Of a stretch of 64,000 nt of DNA, positions 8,101 to 15,584 are shown piece by piece. A program made the translations under genes and the position numbers. This DNA is from an uncultured Clostridia bacterium (GTDB taxonomy: Bacteria > Bacillota > Clostridia > Christensenellales > UBA1242), in contig CAKNGB010000001.1 of assembly GCA_930971385.1 (NCBI GenBank), positions 263,683 through 327,682 of the forward strand, read 5' to 3'. Every line of letters begins with the position of its first letter. Within the stretch, counting starts at the first letter, position 1. The notes beneath the pieces were generated by a model, which saw only the letters and a list, made by a program, of their open reading frames with translations, had not been told where the DNA came from and did no database searches.

Positions 8101-9238
8101 TTCAGTGTCCGTGAACGGAGTTATGCAAACCGCTCAAAATGATTCCACAAACAAATTTGTGATAAATAACATCAGAGCGTATTCTGAAATTGAGATTATC
8201 ATAAACGACATTGTTTTCTTCAACACAAGCGGTTCAACAACTTATCAGGTTTACACATACGACAGCATCTCAAATGGCTCGACATTTCTGGCGAATCAAG
8301 ACTCCTATCATTTCCAAATCATACCTGAAGAAAATGGCGCATTAATAAATTATAGAGTTAACTACAATCTTGCATCGTCGTTTAACAGTAGTTATATTTC
8401 TTCTGATATTGAAAGAGTGGGCAACACTTGGTATATTGACGAGGCAAGCGATTTCTATTATCTTTACTATTTGAATTTGTCTCAAGGCGAAGATTTCAGC
8501 GGTATTAGGCTTGTGCAAACCGAAAATATCGATTTTGGCGGAGCATACATCATTCCACTTGGCTATTCGGTGACCGCACCATTTAGTGGTTATTACGATG
8601 GGCAGTATTACACAATATCCGATTTTAATATTAACATGGGCAACGCAACAGATGTTGGTTTCTTTGGATTTGTTGATGGCGCTGAAATTAAAAATGTGAC
8701 CTTGCTTGATGGCACTGTTTCAGGGAATAGTTATGTGGGCGGAGTGGTTGGCTATGCGCTCAGCTCAACTTTAACAAGACTTGGCAACTACAGTGTGGAG
8801 GTTTCCTCGACTGGAAGAGAGGCTAGCAATAACATCTTTGTTTACACCTCTTCAAACAGCCTTGTGGCACTGAATGCAGATAATGTGGGAAGTGGCGCTG
8901 GGAAATATGATGTGAATGTGGATGAACTTATGAAAGATTTATCTGGTAATATCGCTTACACAACCTCTTCTCAATCTTCTATATATGTGGGAGGTTTTGC
9001 TGGAGGTGCAAGTAACACATCGTTTGACACTTGCTTTAGCCGTGGTGAAGTGGATAGTGATGCAACAACAAGTGCTGGTTTTGTTGGAGGAACAACCAGT
9101 TGCTCGCTTTCGTATTGCTACACAACTTTAAGCACATTTGCAGGAAGTGGAACAATAGGTTCTCATAACCATGCCACAAACGGAAAAGATATTGTTGACG
9201 AAGTTTGCTCAACCTGCGCGGATAGATTTATATGGTAA
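5120..9238 (+). CDS. Large secreted/surface protein (1372 aa) with GLUG-type Gly-rich repeats at both ends
   Basis: N-terminal hydrophobic signal/anchor, then an acidic S/T/D/E-rich linker. Repeats resemble AGGIAGNNGGSIYDC, AGGIVGH and DVAGGIAGFFG near the N-terminus, and VGGVVGYA and VGGFAGGASN near the C-terminus. No LPXTG or choline-binding motif was seen. Confidence 0.8.
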   Translation: MTAVCLMFAAILSLCSINVLNYTNLNTTNIEEVADDALNGDSSFNENLGEEENAETSDDTSEEVSQGNENETNSDDGTTPPGNDTENTTDTSEEDDLDDVATAATEISTASQLRSMGSTGYYELTANITLTGSWKPIDFSGTFNGNGYTISGISVSSPSGDYAGFFAQNSGTVSNVILSGSVTASCYYVGGVCGYNAGTIYNVWNQIDVTNTYEPWWSYDVCEAGGIAGNNGGSIYDCMNFGYIEANPYLDRSMAGGIVGHSSSVSSCINFGGVNGYYAGGIVGYYYDYGNVSNCVNYGSVSGDVAGGIAGFFGKATWPLNTPEGNISNCATSGVICGEADTNITNCWYTGSSPCYEAHDSKITGGGKASSISSAVSNATYGFTYLGSAYVSYFVKYIGIWVAVENENGRYTTVSNNSNQYRVGYRAGISYNNGSSYYMLASSYPATIISSIINNSNGAYEYAGIYDSLNGGTLLSAGESSYRELYNEAPSAIYVRFDLNPTEITANVYYSTSFSSNGTFPSNAYSGTAGGEATISTESSNQTLNINPSATIETEKGDTITFTMSARSGYELVGLFMVSIDDSGRITGRTNILAGNSSNVSVDYNGSLSEITYSFENTNITSGGEMVGNYHIVFARYQTYFTISESYTTDREEFVEEFGATVSKTTYVTYGYQSRSLHYEVDRRTYAGFYINDLRTDTITLSAGSSSNPFFAGNRAWYVANCGTSFYWGGEEEFSFNNISNLPNGITAYDSSNPYFEVDLWSYYYGGDMSFSLKEYSVNLDEKRGGETRIYDLYIVDGYEDIQTGEYTYGELGGTTNIRRNGRNLSKIDIYLDNGVLSDAGTNAKAYAFTNFIIDYYYEFVYDSRSPFDSHFYDENYGDDYLERAEKVSDTAISAFTEATNATISKTVNYGFNDAYGYDYRFADDHASDSGYDLSQNSVLELIDLFSESESSVAQENIENFNIVLFSKFAINSYNLTVQLDSAYSAYSGSDSPFSVSVNGVMQTAQNDSTNKFVINNIRAYSEIEIIINDIVFFNTSGSTTYQVYTYDSISNGSTFLANQDSYHFQIIPEENGALINYRVNYNLASSFNSSYISSDIERVGNTWYIDEASDFYYLYYLNLSQGEDFSGIRLVQTENIDFGGAYIIPLGYSVTAPFSGYYDGQYYTISDFNINMGNATDVGFFGFVDGAEIKNVTLLDGTVSGNSYVGGVVGYALSSTLTRLGNYSVEVSSTGREASNNIFVYTSSNSLVALNADNVGSGAGKYDVNVDELMKDLSGNIAYTTSSQSSIYVGGFAGGASNTSFDTCFSRGEVDSDATTSAGFVGGTTSCSLSYCYTTLSTFAGSGTIGSHNHATNGKDIVDEVCSTCADRFIW

Positions 9239-9263
9239 AATAGTCAAGAGTATTTGATTAAAA

Positions 9264-9290
9264 GGGTGTATGGAAACGTACATCTTTTTT
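9264..9290 (+). terminator. Intrinsic terminator after the surface protein gene
   Basis: GGGTGTATG-GAAA-CGTACATCT (with G-U pairs) followed by T6. Confidence 0.6.
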
Positions 9291-9432
9291 ATATAAAAAT
9301 TGAGGTTCAGTGAAGGTTTAAAAGTTGCATACCTATTAAATTTTAACTTTTAGTTTACCAAAATTTATGTAAATTTATTTTGTAATCTTCATTTTTGTTT
9401 TTTGTGAGGCGTTAACTTATATTAACAACATA

Positions 9433-9472
9433 AAGTGTGGTATGCAATGCATAATACGCCATATATTGTGGT
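9433..9472. repeat. Copy (a) of a dispersed palindromic repeat family (diverged)
   Basis: The reverse complement, ACCACAATATATGGCGTATTATGCATTGCATACCACAC, aligns with copy (e) CACCACAAGATATGGTGTAGTATGCA. Confidence 0.6.
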
Positions 9473-9560
9473 AAAAACTTGAATTTTATCTTCATTTTTT
9501 TAGGAAATGGCATATTTTTCAAAGAAAATTTCACAATAGTGATAAAAATTTTAAATATAT

Positions 9561-9589
9561 TTGTTTTTTTATGACAAATTTGATAGAAT
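9561..9589 (+). promoter_or_regulatory. Candidate promoter placing the PAP2 ATG at about +7 (leaderless)
   Basis: TTGTTT (9561-9566), 17-nt spacer, TGaTAGAAT extended -10 (9581-9589). The ATG at 9596 has no SD sequence. Confidence 0.5.
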
Positions 9590-9595
9590 ATATTC

Positions 9596-10168
9596 ATGGA
9601 CTTTGAAATTAAACTGATTGAATTTTTGCAGGGTGGAAGAACGCCGTTTTTTGATGTTTCCTTTCAGGTTATTTCCATGATAGGAAGTTATGTTGGTGCG
9701 GTGGCGCTTGTTTTTTTATTCCTCTTCACAAAACACAGGCGTGGCTATGCTTTTTGGTTTTTGTTCACTTATGGCTTTGCCTATCTTGTGCAAAGTTCTC
9801 TTAAGGTTTTAATTGCAAGGGATAGACCTTTCAATGTGAGTGACAGCATTATGAATATTGGCGATGTTGTGACAAGTTATAGTATGCCAAGCGGTCATGT
9901 GGTTTGTGCGACGCTTATCGCCGTTTTTCTTGGCGCATACTTATTTTCGTTCTATAAGTCGAAAGGCTCTAGAGCAATGATATGTTTAGCGCTTATCATC
10001 TATGTTGGCTTGGTGGCACTTTCAAGGATGTATCTTGGCAAGCATTTCTTGACCGACACCTTGGTGGGTATGGGCGTTGGAATTGTGTTTGGCGCGCTGG
10101 GTTTAACTTTGATGTGGCTATGGAACAAAAGGAGAAAGAAAAATGAAACTTCAAATGACAATTTGTGA
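9596..10168 (+). CDS. PAP2-family membrane phosphatase (undecaprenyl-diphosphate/phosphatidate phosphatase type)
   Basis: All three PAP2 motifs are present: KVLIARDRP, PSGH and SRMYLGKHFLTD. The protein has multiple TM segments. Confidence 0.85.
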   Translation: MDFEIKLIEFLQGGRTPFFDVSFQVISMIGSYVGAVALVFLFLFTKHRRGYAFWFLFTYGFAYLVQSSLKVLIARDRPFNVSDSIMNIGDVVTSYSMPSGHVVCATLIAVFLGAYLFSFYKSKGSRAMICLALIIYVGLVALSRMYLGKHFLTDTLVGMGVGIVFGALGLTLMWLWNKRRKKNETSNDNL

Positions 10169-10577
10169 ATTATTTCAAACGGATGCGCTTGCCAAGGCGT
10201 TCAGTAAAGTTATTAAACCACCAATGATAATTCTTTTCGAGGGTGATTTAGGAAGTGGTAAAACAACTTTTATTAAAAGTTTAGTGAAATTCTTAGGCTC
10301 AAATGAGGTTGTCACAAGCCCAACTTTCACACTTTTAAACACCTATCAGGGCAGATTTCCAATTTACCACTTTGATATGTATCGACTTTCTTCTTATGAA
10401 GAGGCGCTTGCTGTTGGTTTTGAGGAATATTTTGATAAGTCGCGCTTAGACGGAGTTTGCCTCGTGGAATGGCCAGATAATGTGGAAGGTTTAATTAATG
10501 ATGCAGATTTTGTGGTTAGAATTGAAAAAATTAACGATAAAACGCGAAAATTTACTATTGAGGAGTTTAAAAAATGA
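10143..10577 (+). CDS. tsaE: tRNA t6A37 biosynthesis ATPase TsaE
   Basis: P-loop GDLGSGKTT, then SPTFTLLNTY and HFDMYRL. RBS is AGGAGAAAG. Confidence 0.88.
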   Translation: MKLQMTICELFQTDALAKAFSKVIKPPMIILFEGDLGSGKTTFIKSLVKFLGSNEVVTSPTFTLLNTYQGRFPIYHFDMYRLSSYEEALAVGFEEYFDKSRLDGVCLVEWPDNVEGLINDADFVVRIEKINDKTRKFTIEEFKK

Positions 10578-11209
10578 TTTTGGCAATTAACACGGCGTTT
10601 TTAAATGCAAATTTGGGTATAATAGCGGATAAAAATGTGAGATTTGAAGAAACTATTGACGCCAAAAGCAAACACTCGGAAAATGTGCTTAAAACGATTG
10701 ACTCTCTTTGCAAAAGGGCAGGGGTTGATATCAACAACATCGAAAATTTAGCCCTTGTGGTTGGACCCGGTTCGTTCACGGGAATTAGAATTGGTGTGGC
10801 GCTTGCCAAGGGCTTTGGATGTGCGAATGAAAGGCTGAAAGTGTTTCCTTTATCCTCTTTGGACCTTATGGCATATATTTATTTGCAAAAGCACAAAGAA
10901 AAAATTGTTTGCGTGCTTAATGCCCTTTCAAATTTGTTGTTCGTTTGCGAATATGACGAAAATGGGAGAAAACTTGGCGCTGAGAGGATGATTAACAAAA
11001 GTGACTTATCTTCACTTAATGGGAAAATTGTTTGCTTAAAAGGCGACATTGTGCTTGATAATGCAGAGTATATTGAAATCGACACCTCTTCATTTTTGGC
11101 GTTTTCAGAGTTTGCAGTTAAAAACTTAGAGCCTGTAAGTTCTGATAAGGTTGAGCCTTGCTATCTTAGACCTTCGCAAGCGGAAGAAAATTCTAAAAAA
11201 AGTGATTAA
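10574..11209 (+). CDS. tsaB: tRNA t6A37 biosynthesis protein TsaB
   Basis: Motif VGPGSFTGIRIGVALAKG. The start overlaps the tsaE stop. Confidence 0.85.
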   Translation: MILAINTAFLNANLGIIADKNVRFEETIDAKSKHSENVLKTIDSLCKRAGVDINNIENLALVVGPGSFTGIRIGVALAKGFGCANERLKVFPLSSLDLMAYIYLQKHKEKIVCVLNALSNLLFVCEYDENGRKLGAERMINKSDLSSLNGKIVCLKGDIVLDNAEYIEIDTSSFLAFSEFAVKNLEPVSSDKVEPCYLRPSQAEENSKKSD

Positions 11210-11214
11210 ATTAG

Positions 11215-11243
11215 TTGACAATAACATTTATAATATGTAGAAT
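11215..11243 (+). promoter_or_regulatory. Sigma-A type promoter
   Basis: TTGACA (11215-11220), 17-nt spacer, TAGAAT (11238-11243). Confidence 0.7.
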
Positions 11244-11269
11244 ATAAAGCGAAATCGGAAGGAGATTTT

Positions 11270-11785
11270 ATGAAAAAACCTGTTTATATTAGATGCCCTA
11301 GATGCGAACTTAACTACATTGAAAAAAAGGATAAACTTTGCAGTGTTTGCAAGGCGGAACTTTCAGCAAAGAAAGACGAATACACCAGCGACCTTGACCT
11401 TGAACTTTGCCCAATCTGCAAAACCAACTATATTTCGCCAGACGAAATTATGTGCGCAACTTGCCTTAAAGAGCATCAAAGTGAAGACGGCGAAATCAAC
11501 TCTGATTGGGAGGAGTATCTTAACCGCGACGAAGATGAAATCATTGATGAGGATGAAGAAACGGGCGATATGGCATCCGTCACAGATTTAGCTGACAGTG
11601 ATATTTTGGATGATGATATCGACACGGAAATCGGTTTTGACGACACCATCGACGACGATATTGACCTTGACGAAGAATTCGACGATGAAGAGCTTGACGA
11701 CGATGATGACGATTTAGACGACGATTTTGATGATGACGATGACGAGGAAGATGATGATTCTGACGATGATGACGACGACTTTTAA
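11270..11785 (+). CDS. Double zinc-ribbon protein with an extreme Asp/Glu-rich C-terminal tail
   Basis: Two CPxC-N12/13-CxxC units (CPRCELNYI...CSVC and CPICKTNYI...CATC), then about 90 residues that are mostly D/E with D-runs. RBS is GGAAGGAG. Confidence 0.75.
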   Translation: MKKPVYIRCPRCELNYIEKKDKLCSVCKAELSAKKDEYTSDLDLELCPICKTNYISPDEIMCATCLKEHQSEDGEINSDWEEYLNRDEDEIIDEDEETGDMASVTDLADSDILDDDIDTEIGFDDTIDDDIDLDEEFDDEELDDDDDDLDDDFDDDDDEEDDDSDDDDDDF

Positions 11786-11791
11786 AATTTA

Positions 11792-11819
11792 ATCCAAAGA
11801 GTTTTCTTTGGATTTTTTA
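11792..11819 (+). terminator. Intrinsic terminator
   Basis: ATCCAAAGA-GTTT-TCTTTGGAT followed by T6. Confidence 0.8.
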
Positions 11820-11875
11820 TTTTTTTAACCTTTTAAAACATAAAAATACACCTTAAAAAAAGTGCATTTTGTTTT

Positions 11876-13252
11876 TTAATAAGCTGAGGTTTTCTTGTTT
11901 AAGTCGTCTTTTTCAGATTTTGCCATGGTTTTTATTGATGAGTCCTTATTAATTTCTTTGTTTTTCATATCCTTAGACACATCTTCAAACTCTTCAATTC
12001 GCTTTTCAGCAATATCTTTTAAACCTTCCACATTTTCTTCCAATTTTTCTTCTTGTTGTGCCTCGTTTAATTTTATTGTTTCTTTATTTCCATTTACATT
12101 TTCAATAAGATTTTCATTTAAATTTTGTTGTGTGTTATTGCCAATTTCCACATTTTCTGTTGGCTTATTTTCGTTGATATTGCTTTCATTGTTGTTCATT
12201 TCCAAAGGTCCAACTGGCATGGTCATGCGGTTGAAGTTATTGGAGTTATAGCCGTAGTTATAGCCATTGTTGTAGTAATTTCCGTTACCACGATATGTGT
12301 CGATGTTTCTTATTGTTGGACCATATGTATCGGTGTTGCGGTTAGGGTTTAGAACGTGTCTTCTTCCAATCATATTATCTGGATAATACATCATGTTGTT
12401 ATTTCCTGCAGGGGTATTAGGATAATTATTTGCGAAATTTGTGTTGTTCAAATTGTTGTTTGTTGGCAAGTTATTAACATTGTTTATGTTGTTAGTGTTG
12501 TTCACATCTTGCCTATATGTGTCGATGTTTTTAACAAGTCCGCCGTTATTTTCTTCGTTTGTTTCATTGCCATCTATGGCGTTGTTTTCGTTTTCACTGT
12601 TTTCTAATTCATTTTCATTCTCGATGATTTGGTTGTTGTTTGGAAGGTTTTGGTTGTTGTAAATTCCAAGAATTTCCTCCACTTGATTAAGCGTGTTCAA
12701 CAAATTTTCATAGTATGCACACCTAGCGTTAGAATTGCAGGCGATTTTATTTAAACGCGCGTTAATTCTTTCTGGGTTTTTGTTGGCGCTCCTCTTAGAA
12801 TTGTTATAATTTCTGAATGTAGAGTTAAATTCGCTTGAAGAACGAGCCACATTGTTGTTATATTTCGATAGGCTTGCAGACAAATCTTTAAGTGCCGAAA
12901 CTTGATTTTTGGCAAGTTTTATATCTCCGCGTGAAAGATATTGCTTGATTTTTGCCGTTTCATTCATTACGCTGTTTCTGTAATAATTTTCAGCCATAAG
13001 TGCATTTTTGGCAACTTGCACATTTCTTTGGATGCGCTCGCAGTTTTCATCTGTGGCAAGTTTGTCGAGTGTTTCTTTTGTTAAGTCAAGGTCAGTTTCT
13101 GAATACTCTCTGACGGTTGCAATCGAATTGTTGGTTTTGTCAAGTTGGCTGGACAAGTTATTCACTGCGTTTGCTTCACTGTTTCCGCCACAACCAGCAA
13201 GCGCCAAACTAAGCACAAGTGCTGACATTCCTAAAAAAATTTTCCCTTTCAT
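11876..13252 (-). CDS. Lipoprotein with a helical N-terminal half and an Asn-rich low-complexity C-terminal half
   Basis: Lipobox LSLALAGC follows MKGKIFLGMSALV. The AAAGGAGG RBS fits the ATG at 13252 (the track start at 13279 is probably too long). The protein has long N-rich tracts. Confidence 0.8.
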   Translation of the reverse strand: MKGKIFLGMSALVLSLALAGCGGNSEANAVNNLSSQLDKTNNSIATVREYSETDLDLTKETLDKLATDENCERIQRNVQVAKNALMAENYYRNSVMNETAKIKQYLSRGDIKLAKNQVSALKDLSASLSKYNNNVARSSSEFNSTFRNYNNSKRSANKNPERINARLNKIACNSNARCAYYENLLNTLNQVEEILGIYNNQNLPNNNQIIENENELENSENENNAIDGNETNEENNGGLVKNIDTYRQDVNNTNNINNVNNLPTNNNLNNTNFANNYPNTPAGNNNMMYYPDNMIGRRHVLNPNRNTDTYGPTIRNIDTYRGNGNYYNNGYNYGYNSNNFNRMTMPVGPLEMNNNESNINENKPTENVEIGNNTQQNLNENLIENVNGNKETIKLNEAQQEEKLEENVEGLKDIAEKRIEEFEDVSKDMKNKEINKDSSIKTMAKSEKDDLNKKTSAY

Positions 13253-13352
13253 AAGTCCTCCTTTTGATAGTTTCTTCAAAAGAAAAAATAATATTCTTGT
13301 TGTTTAAGATTTTTTTATGTGGATAAAATCTTTCTATATAATGGGAGAAAAC

Positions 13353-13811
13353 ATGGATATTAAAGAAAGAAACAAGGCCTATAATAAGTATGTCAGCGCC
13401 AAAGTGCCAAAAACAAAACCTTGGCCAACGCTTTTCAATTCGTTCTGGGTAGGCGGGCTTATTTGCTTAATTGGGCAGGGGATTAACGACCTAATTTTAT
13501 TTTTAGCGCCAAACATCTCAGAGCAAAGCGCGTGGGCCTACACGCTTATTTCACTCATCTTCATTGCCTCCTTCTTAACTGGAATTGGCGTTTATGATAA
13601 GATTGGTAAATTTGCAGGTGGAGGCTCGATCGTGCCAATTACAGGATTTTCCAATTCCATCACAAGTCCGTCGGTTGAATTTAAAAGTGAGGGAATTGTT
13701 TATGGAATTTGCGTCAAAATGTTCACAATCGCGGGACCTGTTATTGTGTTTGGAGTGATTTCAAGTGCTTTTGTTGGGCTTATATACTATATTGTTTATC
13801 TCTTTATCTAA
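13353..13811 (+). CDS. spoVAC: Stage V sporulation protein AC
   Basis: Strings FNSFWVGGLICLIGQGI and GGGSIVPITGFSNS. The ATG at 13353 follows a GGGAG RBS. Confidence 0.88.
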   Translation: MDIKERNKAYNKYVSAKVPKTKPWPTLFNSFWVGGLICLIGQGINDLILFLAPNISEQSAWAYTLISLIFIASFLTGIGVYDKIGKFAGGGSIVPITGFSNSITSPSVEFKSEGIVYGICVKMFTIAGPVIVFGVISSAFVGLIYYIVYLFI

Positions 13812-13918
13812 TTATTAAAAGCAACGCAAAAAACAAAAAACGCAAAAAATTCGACTCAAAATCAAGAAAAAACTGAAAAAAGTGTGTTTTTTAATTAAAT
13901 TCATGTTTAGGAGTGAGT

Positions 13919-14920
13919 ATGAAATATGACACAGTGAAATTTAAACGCCAACCAAAAATTATTGGAGCCTATTCTATTGTTGGTCCAAAAGAGGGTGAGG
14001 GGAATTTTAAAGACTATTTCGACTACATCATGAAAAACGACCTGTTTGGCGAAAAAACTTTTGAAAAAGCGGAAAGAAAAATGATTGAAACGGCAATAAC
14101 GGGCGCTATTCAAAAAGCAAAACTTAAAGTTTCTGACATCAACATTTTGGTGGCAGGAGATTTATTAAATCAAATTATAAGTTCCTCTTATGCAGCGCGC
14201 GCCTTCGATTTTCCATATCTTGGAGTTTATGGCGCTTGTTCCACCATGGCGGAAAGCATTGCTGTGGCATCCACGCTTGTGGACGGCGGTTATTTTGAAA
14301 ATGTGGTGTGTTGCACAGCCTCGCACTTCTCAACTGCCGAGCGTCAATATCGTTTTCCTTTGGAACTTGGCAATCAGCGTCCGCCTGCGTCGCAATGGAC
14401 GGTGACAGGTGCTGGCAGTTGTGTTCTGTCGCAAAAAGGCAAAGGTCCACGCGTGACAATGGCGACCTTTGGAAAGGTGATTGACTGGGGAATTACTGAT
14501 GTTAACAATATGGGCGCAGCAATGGCACCGTCTGCAATGGAAACTTTGCTTGCTCACTTTGAAAACACAAAAACAACGCCAGACGATTATGACCTTATAG
14601 CCACAGGCGACCTTGGTAAACTTGGAAGCGAAATTTTAATTGACCTTATGGAAGACAAGGGAATTAAACTTGGCCTTAACTACAGCGACTGCGGACAGAT
14701 GTATTTTAGGCGCGACCAAAAAACATTATGTGGTGCGTCTGGTTGCGGTTGCGCCGCCACAGTTTTTAATTCGTATATCATGAAAAAGTTGCAAGACGGG
14801 CAGTATAAAAGAGTGCTGTTCATGCCAACAGGCGCGCTTCTTTCCACCACTGCCACTCAGCAAGGAGAGAGCGTTCCAGGAGTTTGTCACGCCATTGTTG
14901 TGGAAAGTTATGAAGATTAA
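13919..14920 (+). CDS. spoVAD: Stage V sporulation protein AD (thiolase-like fold)
   Basis: Strings SIVGPKEGEGNFKDYFD, GACSTMAES and GCGCAA. AGGAGTG RBS precedes the ATG at 13919. Confidence 0.9.
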   Translation: MKYDTVKFKRQPKIIGAYSIVGPKEGEGNFKDYFDYIMKNDLFGEKTFEKAERKMIETAITGAIQKAKLKVSDINILVAGDLLNQIISSSYAARAFDFPYLGVYGACSTMAESIAVASTLVDGGYFENVVCCTASHFSTAERQYRFPLELGNQRPPASQWTVTGAGSCVLSQKGKGPRVTMATFGKVIDWGITDVNNMGAAMAPSAMETLLAHFENTKTTPDDYDLIATGDLGKLGSEILIDLMEDKGIKLGLNYSDCGQMYFRRDQKTLCGASGCGCAATVFNSYIMKKLQDGQYKRVLFMPTGALLSTTATQQGESVPGVCHAIVVESYED

Positions 14921-15070
14921 AACCAATTTCAAAAAACCTAAAAAAACATATGAAAAAATCAAAAAAAATTGAAAAAAACATGAATTTTTTCTATTTTTAT
15001 AAACTTATGATGTTTTAAAAGTTGTTTTTAGTTCAAATGGATAAAAAGAATTTACATTTTTGAGGTGAGT

Positions 15071-15439
15071 ATGGAAATGTTTTTAGATTATTTATGGGTG
15101 TTTTTGGTGGGCGGATTTGTGTGTATGATTGGTGAACTTTTAATCATCACAACAAACATCACTTCTGCGCGTATTCTTGTTACTTTCGTGCTTGTGGGTG
15201 TGTTTTTAGAGGCGGTTGGGCTTTTTGATTACATCTCCGATTTTGCTGGCGCAGGCATAAATGTTCCAATCATTGGTTTTGGTGCATCGCTGGCAAAAGG
15301 TGCGATTTCGGCGGTGAAGTCGCAAGGCCTTCTTGGGATATTCACAGGAGGCTTAACGGCAACGGCAGGAGGAATTGCTGCGGCGATAATCTTCGCCTTT
15401 ATCTTTGCGTTAATTTTCCATTCACACACTAAAAAATGA
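15071..15439 (+). CDS. spoVAE: Stage V sporulation protein AE (AEB type)
   Basis: A 122-aa membrane protein containing GAGINVPIIGFGASLAKG. GAGGTGAG RBS precedes the ATG at 15071. Confidence 0.85.
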   Translation: MEMFLDYLWVFLVGGFVCMIGELLIITTNITSARILVTFVLVGVFLEAVGLFDYISDFAGAGINVPIIGFGASLAKGAISAVKSQGLLGIFTGGLTATAGGIAAAIIFAFIFALIFHSHTKK

Positions 15440-15442
15440 TAG

Positions 15443-15483
15443 ATGTGGTGTAGTATGCATTGAATACTACACCATATTTTGTG
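15443..15483. repeat. Copy (b) of the palindromic repeat family, 3 nt after the spoVAE stop
   Basis: ATGTGGTGTAGTAT-GCATTGA-ATACTACACCATAT, with arms matching 13/14. Confidence 0.8.
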
Positions 15484-15584
15484 TTTAAATGAACATTGAT
15501 TAGGTGAAAAATTTTTTTAATATATTCGACAAAAAATTTTAAAAACAGGCAAAATCTGCAAAGCGCAAGCATATAAATATTTCA

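Noticed and set aside
11560-11785. GAT/GAC/GAA-rich repetitive DNA that looks like a microsatellite or repeat array.
   Set aside because: It is in frame and encodes the poly-Asp/Glu tail of the zinc-ribbon protein. There is no unit periodicity or spacer structure, so it is not a CRISPR or tandem-repeat locus.
13812-15070. A-rich spacers around spoVAD considered as a possible CRISPR-like or repeat array.
   Set aside because: There are no direct repeats of constant length separated by unique spacers. The only similarity is compositional, plus short shared words.
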